From contig NC_068986.1 in NCBI RefSeq assembly GCF_001194135.2, positions 4,517,539 to 4,566,082 of the forward strand: a DNA stretch of 48,544 nucleotides, in the 5' to 3' direction. Made by a program: the position numbers and the translations under genes. The notes below the pieces were generated by a model, which saw only the letters and a list, made by a program, of their open reading frames with translations, was not told the DNA's origin and did not search any database. How positions within the stretch are numbered: the stretch's first letter is position 1; each line of letters begins with the position of its first letter. This DNA is from Octopus bimaculoides. Its lineage: Eukaryota. This document shows, piece by piece, positions 25,997 through 37,375 of the stretch.

Positions 25997-26160
25997 ATAC
26001 ACTTCTACACAGTTGCCATCTTCCAGATTCACTCACAAGGAATATTTGGGGTCTGGAGCTATAGTAGAAAATACTTGCCCAAAGAGCTGTGCTGTAAGAC
26101 TGAATCCAAAATCCTAAAACCATGTGATGATGCAAAGCTACTTTCCATACCACACAACTC
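25690..26160 (-). mobile_element. SINE family A, diverged, with expanded internal (TA)n
   Basis: gccaaactgctaagttatg..caacactagttgtcaag body and ttcactcacaagg..tatagtagaaaatacttgcccaa head in reverse. Confidence 0.7.
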
Positions 26161-26334
26161 TCCACCTTTTTTTTTTATTTTTGGTGGGTGGGGATCTATT
26201 TATAAGGAGTATATACTATAATAACGATGAATCTCGCTTACAATCTCTGGTCATGAATGTTCAGTTGTTCTACCTACCTAAAATATCAAGTATATCAATC
26301 CAAAAAACTTGTTAAAAGTAATTGGTAGTTTTGG

Positions 26335-26680
26335 TTACCTAGATGACCTAATGAACAATAACAGTTGGGTGTTGCAAAAGGATAGGTAAATTTCAGAGTT
26401 ATTACCTTTGTCTACAAAAATAGATTCTTTCTGAATGAAGAGCAGAGTGTATGATGCTTGTGGGAGAAGTATAATGTTGCATAGTTGTGTGACATGTATG
26501 ATGAATATGGAGATGAAGCAAATGTGTTTTGCTGGATGTGTTATGTCAGTGTGCATGAATGATGGGAAACAAGTCTCCTGAAAGAAAAATTCGGCGTCAA
26601 AAGTAAAAGGTATTCATTGTAATATGCAAGAGAGAAGAGTACTCTGGTATGGAAATATTATTCAAATGAAAGAAGGGAGA
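26335..26680 (+). mobile_element. Degenerate RTE LINE ORF2 fragment
   Basis: aaatttcagagttattacctttg..agagtgtatgatgcttgtg..tgctggatgtg..caagagagaagagtactctggtatgga aligns with the KFRELLPLL / LYDACV / LRWMC / QE motifs at 20431-20760 and continues into an RR..WYG-type motif. Confidence 0.7.
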
Positions 26681-26890
26681 AAGCTGGCAGAATCATTAAC
26701 ATGTTGGGCAAAATGATCACCAGCATTTCATCCAGCTTTACAATCTGTGATCAAATTTTTCTGAGGTTGACTTTGTCTTTCATCCTTTTGGATTCGATGA
26801 AGTAAGTACCAACTGAATACTGGGGTCGATGTAACCAATATACCCCCTCCCTCCAAATTACTGACCTTGTACCAAAATTTGAAATTATTG
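26680..26890 (+). mobile_element. SINE family B (tail type ccttgtaccaaaatttgaaa)
   Basis: agctggcagaatcattaac head; gttgactttgtctttcatcc; gtaccaactgaatactggggtcgatgtaa. Confidence 0.75.
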
Positions 26891-26977
26891 TTGTTCATAT
26901 GAAGAATAATAATTGGGTGAAAATGTACTAAACAATGCCATAAAAGAAAGACCAAAGATGTGGACAGAAGTGATTAG

Positions 26978-27205
26978 GGCTAGCAGAAACGTTACCCCGC
27001 CAGGTGAAATGCTTAGCAGTATTTTGTCTGTCTTTATGTTCTGAGTTCAAATTCCGCCGAGGTCGACTTTGCCTTTCATCCTTTCGGGGTCGGTAAAATA
27101 AGTACTAGTTACGCACTGGGGTCAATGTAATCGACTTAGTCCCTTTGTCAGTTCTTGTTTGTCCCCTTTATGTTTAGTCCCTTGTGGGCAATAAATAAAT
27201 AAGAA
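26978..27205 (+). mobile_element. SINE family B, CpG-rich (young) copy with alternative tail (cccttgtgggcaataaataaataagaa)
   Basis: B-box gagttcaaattcc; body gccgaggtcgactttgcctttcatcctttcggggtcg; different 3' end from neighbouring copies. Confidence 0.8.
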
Positions 27206-28689
27206 GTGATTAGGGCTAATTCTGAGGTAATAAACTTCAAAAAGGCAAAGCAATTACAGAGAAGGGGCCTTGTTGAAAACAACCTGCCCAGTCTGTGCCT
27301 GAATGAAAAAGTGGGTGTAAAAATGATTGTAATGGCATGGCAGCAGAGCCAGTGGCAATTAATATATTTGTGTACCATTTAAGTTGTACACACTAATATA
27401 TGTATTTATTTTCCTTCTTAATTGTATACACAAGTATATTTTTACATACCTTCTTACTCATGCATACTGATATCTGTTTTATCTACCATACTAGTTGTAC
27501 ACACTAGTATATGTATCTGTTTATCATAATGATACACACAAATATGTTTTTACATACCTTCTCACTTGCACATGCAAATATCTGCATTTGTTTATTAGCT
27601 ATACAGACAAATATATATATTTATATAACATGCAAATATATTTCTCAACAAGTGGGGAAATTCACTAATTTGTAAAAGTTAATGGTATGTTGGCTTTGTT
27701 ATTATACATTGATAATTGTAAGTATTTATATTTTTTTAATTTCTTAATCAGAATTAAATTTTTATAACATACAAACCAATTAGTTGCTTAGTTTCTAATA
27801 ATATACCTTTCTACTTTGTTTATATTAAGTTTGTTATAATATCACCATCTTTTGATTTGCTAACATTGCTTTACTCTAAAACATATAGCTTTATATCATA
27901 TTATCTATATTTGCCTTCATGAATTTCTGGTTGATAAAAGATTATGACATATGTTATAAACTAATCGCTACTGACTTAATTTCTTATTTTGGATTCTTGC
28001 TTACTTTTTCATGTTCCATCTTGTTATTTTTGTTGTCATTTAGCTCCCAGGTTAGTAGTTATCTAGCAGACCTCAATTTTTATTCCTCACCACTGTCAAT
28101 CCTGATCTAGCACTCCTGTTGTTGTTTAGCCCCATGTCAGTCCTATTACTAAAGATGGCACACATGACAAACATCCCACCTTTTATTCAGACATAATGTA
28201 TCAAATGCAATTTTTTTAAAACTAGTAGAATATGATTTGAGTGAGATTTGGTTGCCATTTCTAGTCAGTCATACATCCATGCAGTGGCATCCTTACTGGT
28301 TCCCCTGTGATCTGTGTTACATTTATTTCTGAGGAGGGTAGCATAATGAGTGAAACAAGATTATGAGACTAAATATATTCCAGTGATTATTTTAAGTTCT
28401 GATTTTCAAATTCAACTGTCATTGGCTTTATCTTTCACCACTTCTAGGATTGTAAACTAAACACTTGTTGATCTCTACAAATGGAGCACATCACAACCCC
28501 TGCTGCTACATTTTCTACTCTTGATTACTTTAGTTGTAATCAATAACTTGATCACCCAAGCAACATGCAACACATCACTGATTATTGATTATCTGTTTCT
28601 GTTTAGAATTTTCTAAATATTTTTTATTTTTTCCCTCTGCAGTCTTATATCTTTTTTAAAAAAAGTATACTCACATTTCTAAAACACAG

Positions 28690-28890
28690 GCAGTAAGCTG
28701 GCAGAATTGTTAGCACACTGGTCAAAATGCTTAGTGACATTTCATCCATCTTTACATTTTGCATCCAAATTCCACCTTCCATCCTTTCAAGGTCGATAAA
28801 ATAAGTACCAGTTAAGTCCTGGAGTCAATGAAATTGACTTACCCCCTCCTCTGTAATTGCTGGCCTTGTGCCAAAATTTGAAATTATCAT
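28690..28890 (+). mobile_element. SINE family B
   Basis: agctggcagaattgttagcac head through ggccttgtgccaaaatttgaaa. Confidence 0.75.
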
Positions 28891-29044
28891 TAAGTCTAGC
28901 AAAGGTTAACTATAAAATAGTTAACTATAAAATAGAGTGTCTTCAGCTATAGTCCAGTCACTAAAACCAATACATGAATAAAGGCTATGAAGTGAAAATC
29001 ACTACCTTTCTTATTCTGTCTTTTTAAATGCCAGTTTTTCTTTC

Positions 29045-29465
29045 TTCATTGGAAGTCACTGTCAACAAGGTTGTAAGCAACTATCAAGAAAACATGCCTC
29101 AAACAGACACTTAGTGTATTATATGAGTTACAAAAGAAAAAGAGGAAAAACAAATCTAATGAGTGGGTGCTCAAAGAATCATACAAATTATCAATACAAT
29201 TTAATTGTATCGAAATCATGTTTATCTGGGAAAACATGCAGAATTTTCCACATGAATTTTCAAGAGGTGGGCGAAGAGACAATAACAGTGATATGATGAG
29301 GATTAATAGAAAGAGGACTCACTCTGTTAGTAACATTTAGAGGAGGTACAAGTGAATAAATTTTGTCAGAACAACTACCATGGAAGTATTTATAGTAGTA
29401 GGCATCTGTCAGTCTTGGATCAGTTATGTACAGGCTTAAAACTGGTAGACTGCTGCTTTCCATTT
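29045..29465 (-). mobile_element. CR1-like LINE ORF2 C-terminal remnant plus 3' end
   Basis: YYYKYFHGSCSDKIYSLVPPL..SINPHHITV.. then W.ILHVFPDKHDFDTIK, resembling CR1-group C-terminal (FYKYFHG.CS.EL..LVP; LWNSLP..VFP..YDL..FK) motifs; has stops. Confidence 0.6.
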
Positions 29466-29509
29466 TTTGCCACCACAGTTAGATGGCACTGGAGTGTCCT
29501 CTCCAGGGA

Positions 29510-29700
29510 GCAGGCCTGGGCAGTTTTTCATGGGAGATCAGCAGTTGCCCATGCAGAACGTCTCCCTTCTCCACCACCACCAGTGTTACCCAAGGGAAGG
29601 GTAGGGGCGAATATGACTTGGCACCAGTGGGGCTGCAGGAGTTGCCAGGACAAGGTTGTCTACAGCATTAGAACTGCCTTAGTGACTCTGGCTCCAGATG
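29510..29700 (-). mobile_element. SINE family C, diverged partial
   Basis: tgggagatcagcagttgcccatgca..ccaagggaagggtagg..cttggcaccagtg matches 42760-42860. Confidence 0.55.
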
Positions 29701-30189
29701 TATCCTCAGGGTTTATACCCAAAGCCTTTCCCTTAAGTGGGTATTGCCACAAAGCATTGGAGTTGTTATTATCAGTGCTGTCTAAGTATTTATAGAATAG
29801 AAATAAAGAAACAATGTCCCAGCAATGAGAGAGACAGATAGGAGTGTAACTGCCAAAACAGTAATGTTAGAAACTTAGTGGTGAATTCAATAAAACTGGT
29901 ATCAATAAGTGCCAAAAATAGACCATATTTGTTCATCAGGTTTCTAGCTATTTAACTGGAACTAAGCAAACATGTCTGATATAATAGAATAGATGAAATT
30001 TTGCAGGAAATGGTTTGTTGTAGGTGAAAGTCTTGCTGCGTAGTAAGAAGTTTACTTTTCAACCACATAGTTGAGGTTTCAATCCCACATGCATGGCGCC
30101 TCAGACAAGGGTCTCCAACTTTAGCCCCAAGCCACCCAAAGTCTTGTGAGTGGATATGGTAGATGATAAAGAAGCCTATCTTGTTTGTA

Positions 30190-30249
<60 letters not shown>

Positions 30250-31044
30250 TATATAAAATATATAGTTTTAGGGAAAATAACCAATTTTCAAGAACTCATC
30301 GATGAAAATCCACTATCACATATAGAAAAATTAATAATTAANNNNNNNNNNNNNNNNNNNNNNNNNNNNNNNNNNNNNNNNNNNNNNNNNACCAAATGAA
30401 TTAATATGAAATACTTATTATATAAAGATAGAAAAATTATTTTAAAAATATCATAATATCAAAATAATAACCATTCAATAATCATCCCTTCATCCATTAT
30501 AATAACATGTATATTATATACAAAAAAACATCTTACATAAATTATCATTGTTTTAAATACAAGTTGAACGAAGTTTAAGTTTAAAATAATAATGAAGATA
30601 AAATTAGTACATATTTAACCGGTGTAATAGTTAAAGTTATACTATATAAAGCTAAAGACGTTTATTTAATTATAATTAAAGATCAATTGAATAATAGAAA
30701 AATACAGGATTATTTATTTCTACAAATGTAATAATAAAAAATTATGAATGGAAAAATTATGAATGAAAAATTAGGAAAGAAAAAATTATTAAGAATAAAA
30801 GATTAAACTTTATATATATATATACAAAGTTTTGATTTAAAAAAAACTTTAACGATATTATAAACTATAAAGATTAATAATTAATCAAATATTATTAATC
30901 AAAAATAATCGAAAATATATCAACACTATTCAAATCGAAGTTCTAATATTATGTTGAAATGAAACTATAACTTCTAAATAATTTAGTGTTAAATAAGTTA
31001 TCTATTAAAAATAATCTATAAAGAACCAAATGAATAATATATAA

Positions 31045-31084
<40 letters not shown>

Positions 31085-31204
31085 GGAGAAAAGGAGAGGT
31101 AATTATGGGGATAAACAAATTAGATACATTAAATATATTAAGTATATTAAATATAATAGTCTGGGTATGAAATACAAAATATGTTTATATACAAAGCAAG
31201 AGAC

Positions 31205-31385
31205 ACCAATGCTTTGTGGTATTTTGTCAGTCTTTATGTTCTGAGTTGAAATTCCACCAAGGTTGACTTCACCTTTTATCCTTTCAAGGTTGATAAAATA
31301 AGTACCAGTTGAACACTGGGGTCAACGTAATCAATTTAACCCCTCCCCTAAAATGCTCACCTTGTGCCAAAATTTGAAACCAATA
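31205..31385 (+). mobile_element. SINE family B
   Basis: gttctgagttgaaattccaccaaggttgacttcacc..ccttgtgccaaaatttgaaacca. Confidence 0.75.
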
Positions 31386-32009
31386 TGAGAGAGAGATGGT
31401 GTATTTTTGATAATTCTAAGGAATTTTTTTCCTATTAATATTACTGAAGATGTTTCTCTTCAACCAATTTTTAATTCTGAATATTTTCACTGATGAGAAT
31501 TAATCTTTAAAAAACTTATAAAACCAACACTTTTTTATGTACTGATTTTTGTTTCTTAATTCACAAACTTCAAAGACATACAAAAAATATGTGTCTACAA
31601 ATCAGTACATATTTTTTTTAATATGTAAATAAATATAAAAGTAATAGTTTTATATTTTATTGATTATTTAAGTAAACTGTTATTAGAAAATAAATAATGT
31701 AATTTATTTTATTTTTAATGTTTATTATTTTTAAGTTAATTATATCTTCTGCTTTTATCTGCAACAATTTCAACTTTCCATGCTATTTTACTCTTTTTCT
31801 TGTTGTTGGAATCCAGTTTTCCTGCTTTCTCTCAATGTCTTAAATCAAGCTATGATTTCTCTGAATTTTCACTTCATTTTACCTTTAATCAGTAACTTTT
31901 AACCTTTCATTTAAACCATATGGTCCCTGGATAACTTTACATTTCAGTTGTAATAAATTCTCTGGTTTAAGAACACCTTCCTCCTGAGCAGCTCTATTGT
32001 ATCTTTATT

Positions 32010-32330
32010 TGGCACTGGCACTCCATCAAATACAATGATAAGGGTTCCAGTTGATCCAATCAATGAAACAACCAGTTCATGAAATTAACATGCATGTGGC
32101 CAAACACTCCACAGACACATGTGTCTTTAATATAGTCCTCATGTAGATTCAGTGTGACACACAGTCTGATAAGGCTGACCTTTTGAAATAAGGTACAACT
32201 CATTTTTGCCAGCTGAGGAGACTGGAGCAACATGAAATAAAGTATCTTGCTCAAGGACACAACAGATCACCAGGAATTGAACTCACAACCTTATGATGAG
32301 TTGAATACCTTAACCACTAAGCCACGTGCC
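32010..32330 (-). mobile_element. SINE family D
   Basis: Reverse complement of the 16372-16680 type; head ..gaattgaactcacaacc..taaccactaagccacgtgcc. Confidence 0.75.
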
Positions 32331-32349
32331 TTTGCCTATCTCTATTTAA

Positions 32350-32717
32350 CCCTTTAGCATTCAGGTTATTTTGTCAAGTGAAATGCTTATTTATTCACAT
32401 TGCTTTGAATTAAACATGCAAGGAGCTGCACTCCACAGACCCTTAAAGTAATCTTCAGGGAGATTCAGTGTGATGAGGCTGACCCTTTGAAATACAGGTA
32501 CTACTCATTTTTGCTAGCAGTGTGGACTGGAGCAATGTGAAATAAAGTGTCTTGCTCAGGGGTACAATGTGTCACCAAGCTTCAAGATTTTGATGATGTG
32601 ATTGCTTCTTTTTAGAATGACATTGTAGGATGGGTGTGAGAGGTTAGATCTAACTAGTTTGAGCATAAAATAGATAGAATATTTGGGCTGGATATGGCTG
32701 GATCAGATGTTAAAGGG
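32350..32717. mobile_element. piggyBac-type MITE with a nested SINE-D fragment (~32420-32578)
   Basis: TTAA|ccctttagcatt ... gatgttaaaggg|TTAA: CCC/GGG termini and TTAA target duplication are piggyBac hallmarks. Confidence 0.75.
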
Positions 32718-32739
32718 TTAAAAAAAAACACAGCTTTTT

Positions 32740-33085
32740 CTTTCTGACTAAATATCTTTTAATTTGGACTGTGGTTATGCTGGAGCATTGCCTTAAAGGG
32801 TTTAGTTGAACAAATTGACCCCAGTACCTACTTTTAAGTCAGTTTCTTTTGCCAAACCACTTAGTTACAAAACCAATATCAGTTATCAAACAGTAATAGG
32901 AGACAAACATGCACACACACACTGGCTTCTTTCAGTTTCTGCCTGTCAGATCCACTCTCAAGACTTTGGTCAGCCCCAGGCTATGGTAGAAGATACTTGT
33001 CCATAGTGTCCTACAGTGGGACTGAACCCAAGCCCACATGGTAAAGAAGCAAGCTTCTTGCCACACAGCCATCATACCTGCACCT
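32740..33085 (-). mobile_element. SINE family A, near full-length
   Basis: Reverse complement of family A body and head. Confidence 0.75.
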
Positions 33086-34454
33086 ATGAAAAAAAAATTC
33101 TATTATCACCTCAAACACCTTTATTAGTTTCACAATATAACACATATGGCCCAAGAAAGAACCTTTACATGGTAACTCAACATGCTAGAAATAGTAGTCA
33201 AATCTCCTTCAACTCACACCACACCTTTGGACTATGTAGCCTCATACATAGTATATATGTAGCCTCATATACAGTATATGTGTGTGTGTGTGTGTATTTC
33301 TAAAACAATGAGATGGTCATGGGTAGATTGTCTTTGGCAGTTGATCTCCTCTATCTGGACTGACTTGAAGCTAAACCACAACACAAATACCAAAGAAGCA
33401 AAATTTATTACTTTTTGTGCTTTATTTAATGCTCTTAATGTTCATATTGTCATTACTGTTTTTACAATAAAACTAACTCTATCCAATCTATGATCAAATA
33501 GAAAGTGTTTGGTGAGTAAAATCCTCACATATTGCGAATGCTTATAAAAGTTTCACATGGTAGCACATATAAGCAAATAAGCCTAACCAATAACCATTTA
33601 TGCAACAAAATTTGAAAACTATGAATATGATGATAATGATCCTGAATTTTGGATGATTAAATATCTAGTAATGCTTTCAACACACAACATTTTATTCAAA
33701 TAGACTTTTCTTAATGTAACGTGACAGAAGAAGAAAAGTGAAACTCTATGTACAGATGTTCTAATTTAAAGTCAAGACCTTGCTCAATGTCTTGAACAAG
33801 AAATGGTCATAAGCAAATTGAAATATTGAGAAGCAAATTTTCTCTGGTGTAACTGTACACTACATTTGACGTCTATTATTATGAGAGTGTGCCAATTTTC
33901 ATTTTTATGAATCGAAGCATATTTAATAAATATAATCTTCATAAACTCCAACAACAAATTGCCTTTTGTGGGTTACAAGTCAAAAGTGTCCCCATGGTTT
34001 CAATTTATTTACAATTCAATGACTAAACATCAAAGTTGCAATGTTATGAAAGTTTGAGGTGTACATACCATTTTGTATGTGAAAGAATCGTTCAAGATAC
34101 ATATAGTATTATTGGTGTGTTACTTTAGCTACCTCTCTGAATACCGAGAGGTTGTTTGGCTGATGTGCTTGCTCATAAACTTGTCATAATATAATTTGAT
34201 ATCATTCAAAGGGAAAAGATAACAAATATAGATAAATGATGAGTTTCCCTTATATTCATTGTGTATTAGTTGGAAGGTTGTGACAGTTGACACCTATCAC
34301 TTGCAGTGTCTTCATGTTCCAGCAGTGATAAATTTTTTTGTTTTTAACCTATGGATAAGGAGTCGAGGAGAATTAATATTACCTACAATGAAAAATAAGC
34401 AAATCCAAAGAGCCAGTCTTCAGCAATTCACTAGTGTGAATAATAATAGTAATA

Positions 34455-36065
34455 ATATTGGTTTCAGATTTTGGCTCAAGGCCAGCAATTTTGGGAGAGG
34501 AGTTAAGTCGAATATATTGACTTCAGTACTGGTACTTATTTTATTGACCCCCCCCCCCCAAGGATGACAGGGTAAGTCAACCTCACTGGAACTTGAACTC
34601 AGAACAAAAAGACAGAAGAAATACCACTAAACATTTTGCCTGGTGTCCTAATGATTCTGCTAGCTTGCTACCTTAGTAATAATAACAATAATAAAAAGTT
34701 CTGATTTAGGGCAGGGCCAGCAATTCTGAGAGGATACCATTAATCTTAATGCTTGATTAGTACTTTATTTCAACCCAGGAGGGATGAAAGGTAAAGTTGA
34801 GCTCAATGGGATTTGAACTCAGCTCAAACAAATACTGCATGCATATATTTAAACACTTCATCAAATCTACCAATCCATCACCCAGATGATGATGATGATG
34901 ATGACAACAGCGATGACGATGATGATCTCTCCAAATTTTGGCACTAGGCCAGAGACTTCAAGGAAGGGGTAAGTCAATTACATCGCCCCCAGCACTTGAT
35001 TGGTATATCATTTTATTGACCCCAAAGGATGAAAGACAAAGTTTGATCTCAGTGGAATTTGAACTCGGAATGTAAAGACAAGCAAAATGCTGCTAAGTAT
35101 GCTACCCTGTGTGTGAACAGTTCTGCCAACTCACCACCTTATTAATAATGGTTTCAAATTTTGGCACAAGGTCAGCAGGTTGAGGGGAGGGGGTAAGTCA
35201 ATTACATCAACTCCAGTGCTCAACTGGTACTTATTCCATTGGCCCTGAGAGGATGAAAGGCAAAGGTGACTTCAGCAGAATTTGAACTTGGAATGTAAAG
35301 ATGGACAAAATACCACTGAGCATTTTTCCCAGCATGCTACCGATTCTGTCAGCTTACCGCCTTAGCTCACCACCTTAATAATAATAATAACAATAATAAC
35401 AATGCTTTCTACTATAGGTACAAGGCCTGAAATACTGAGGGAGGGAGTGACTTGATTACATCAATGCCAGTACTTGATTAATTCTTTATTTTATCAAACC
35501 TGGATGAAATACTGCAGAGATCACCATGTAGCACACATGTGGTTGTGATGCATGGGTCTGGTGTACCCTTATCAGATGAGTAGTCATGATGGGTTTACTG
35601 GGCTTCATATATTTTACCCCAATGTTACTTTGATGGCATGCTCTGCTCTCTCACTAAATAATAATAAATCTTGCTACTATAGGCATGAAGCCTAAAATCT
35701 TAAGAAGAGTGCTAGTCGATCACACCAGCCCCGAGGGTGAATGGCACTGACAATCTTAACAGAATAATGATGATAATAATAATAATAATAATAATGGTTT
35801 CAAATTTTGGCACAAGGTCAAGAATTGGGGGGGGGTGCTAGTCAATAACATCGACCCCAGTGTTCAACTGGTACTTAATTTTTCGACGCAGAAAGTATGA
35901 AAGGCACAGTCAAACTTGGCAGTAATTGAACTCAGAACGTAGCAACGGGCGAAATACCGCTAAGCATTTCATCCAGCATAAACAATAATAATAATAATGA
36001 AGATAACGATGATGATAATGGTTTCAAATTGAGGCACAAAGCCAGCAAAATTTTGAGGGAGGGAG
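34455..36065 (-). mobile_element. Cluster of about 6-7 co-oriented family B SINE copies/fragments separated by (AAT)n/(GAT)n
   Basis: Repeated ggtttcaaattttggcacaagg..gaaaggcaaag..tttgaactc(a/g)gaa..ctgccagct units at ~34455, 34700, 34928, 35147, 35405, 35795 and 36018. Confidence 0.8.
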
Positions 36066-37139
36066 TATTATGTTATTATTTGTTCCCCAAGTCATCCTTG
36101 ATTGAACAAACCTATGATCAAAGTGATAAACATTCCAGTATAAATCTTGTTGATCTACTCTCCTGTGATGCTCAGTTGTCATTCTTTGAAGTGTTTAGTC
36201 ACAAAGGTTAATTACTATTGAGATCTGATTCTTCATCCTCCTTCTCCTCACTCCCCAAACGTTCTTCTTTTACCACACTTACACCAATATTCAGATACTT
36301 CATATCATGGTTATCATTACTTCTATGAGGATTTTCTTGTTCTCTTTTTTTTACCTCCCACTGATATGGAAGCTACCTCTAATCACATTAGTAGTGACAA
36401 ACAGGAATTAGAAAATCAACATGAAATTGTGTAGGAAACTGCATAACTTTTACATAAGTCCACATACAATATACCCTCCCTTGTCTAATACATATGATGT
36501 TAACTACATTTTTATTGATCTTTTCAACTGTCTCGCTGATCATCTCCATACTAATATTTTACTATTATTACATATAGCTATAAACATCTTACCAATATGT
36601 TTTTCCCACTAATGTATGTTTCACTATCAATGGAGAGAACCTTGCATACATATTTAGTTTTGATTTTTTTTGCTCTTTTTCTTTGGTTTGTTTTTGTTTT
36701 TGTTTGTTTTTTTCTTCTTTTTTTCCCTAAAGTTGAATATGTTCTGAAAAAGAAAAGTCAAACAATATAAAATGTGGTTGTATATTGCCAACAATACTGT
36801 GAGCTTACTTAGTAAAAAATTTCTTTTCATACACAGGAAAACACAATTCATTTATTTCCTGATATATATATATATATATATATATGTATCTTTTGTCTTT
36901 TACTTGTTTCAATCAATAGATTGTGGCCATGCTGGGGCACCACCTTGAAGGATTTTTAGCCGAATGAATCAACCCCAGTACTTATTCTTTTTTTTAAACC
37001 TGGTACTTATTCTATCAATTCTTTTTTGCTGATCCGCTAAGTTAATGGGACAGAAGCACACCAACATCAGTTGCCAAGCAGTGGTTGGGAACAAACACAA
37101 ACAAAGATAAACATATATAGGTACACACATACACATATA

Positions 37140-37180
<41 letters not shown>

Positions 37181-37182
<2 letters not shown>

Positions 37183-37375
37183 GAGAATATACAAAAAATA
37201 ACAACAGACGAGGACAGGTGGTGTAAATAACAAAAGTATATATTAGTATGACGCTCGGGAATACGGAAAGTCTTTGACGTTTCGAGCTACGCTCTTCAAC
37301 AGAAAGAATACGGAGACAAGGAGAAAAACACGGAGAAAAAAAATTGAATAGTGTTCAGTCAACGGTCAATCATAA
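37181..37375 (-). mobile_element. Penelope-like element terminal (pseudo-LTR) remnant
   Basis: CpG-rich, purine-skewed insert with the (ct)gNNgaagagc..gctcgaaacgtc motif typical of PLE termini; no RT/GIY-YIG coding visible. Confidence 0.5.
37271..37307 (-). ncRNA. Minimal type I hammerhead-ribozyme-like motif (variant core)
   Basis: Minus RNA UCUUU-CUGUUGA-A-GAGC(GUA)GCUC-GAAAC-GUC-AAAGA: 5-bp helix I, 4-bp helix II, loopless palindromic ACGU helix III, GUC cleavage triplet; A6 replaced by U. Confidence 0.55.

Noticed and set aside
28048-28054. Apparent 7-nt microexon (catttag|CTCCCAG|gttagt); similar micro-candidates at 25345 and 33500
   Set aside because: The 28048 context resembles a dispersed repeat (compare ~36080-36120). 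Microexons cannot be told from chance without junction reads.
31950-32070. Minus-strand peptide GTLIIVFDGVPVPNKDTIELLRRK resembling the EXO1/XPG VFDG motif
   Set aside because: It overlaps the end of a family D SINE, is bounded by stops, and has no other XPG motifs or splice sites. Judged coincidental.
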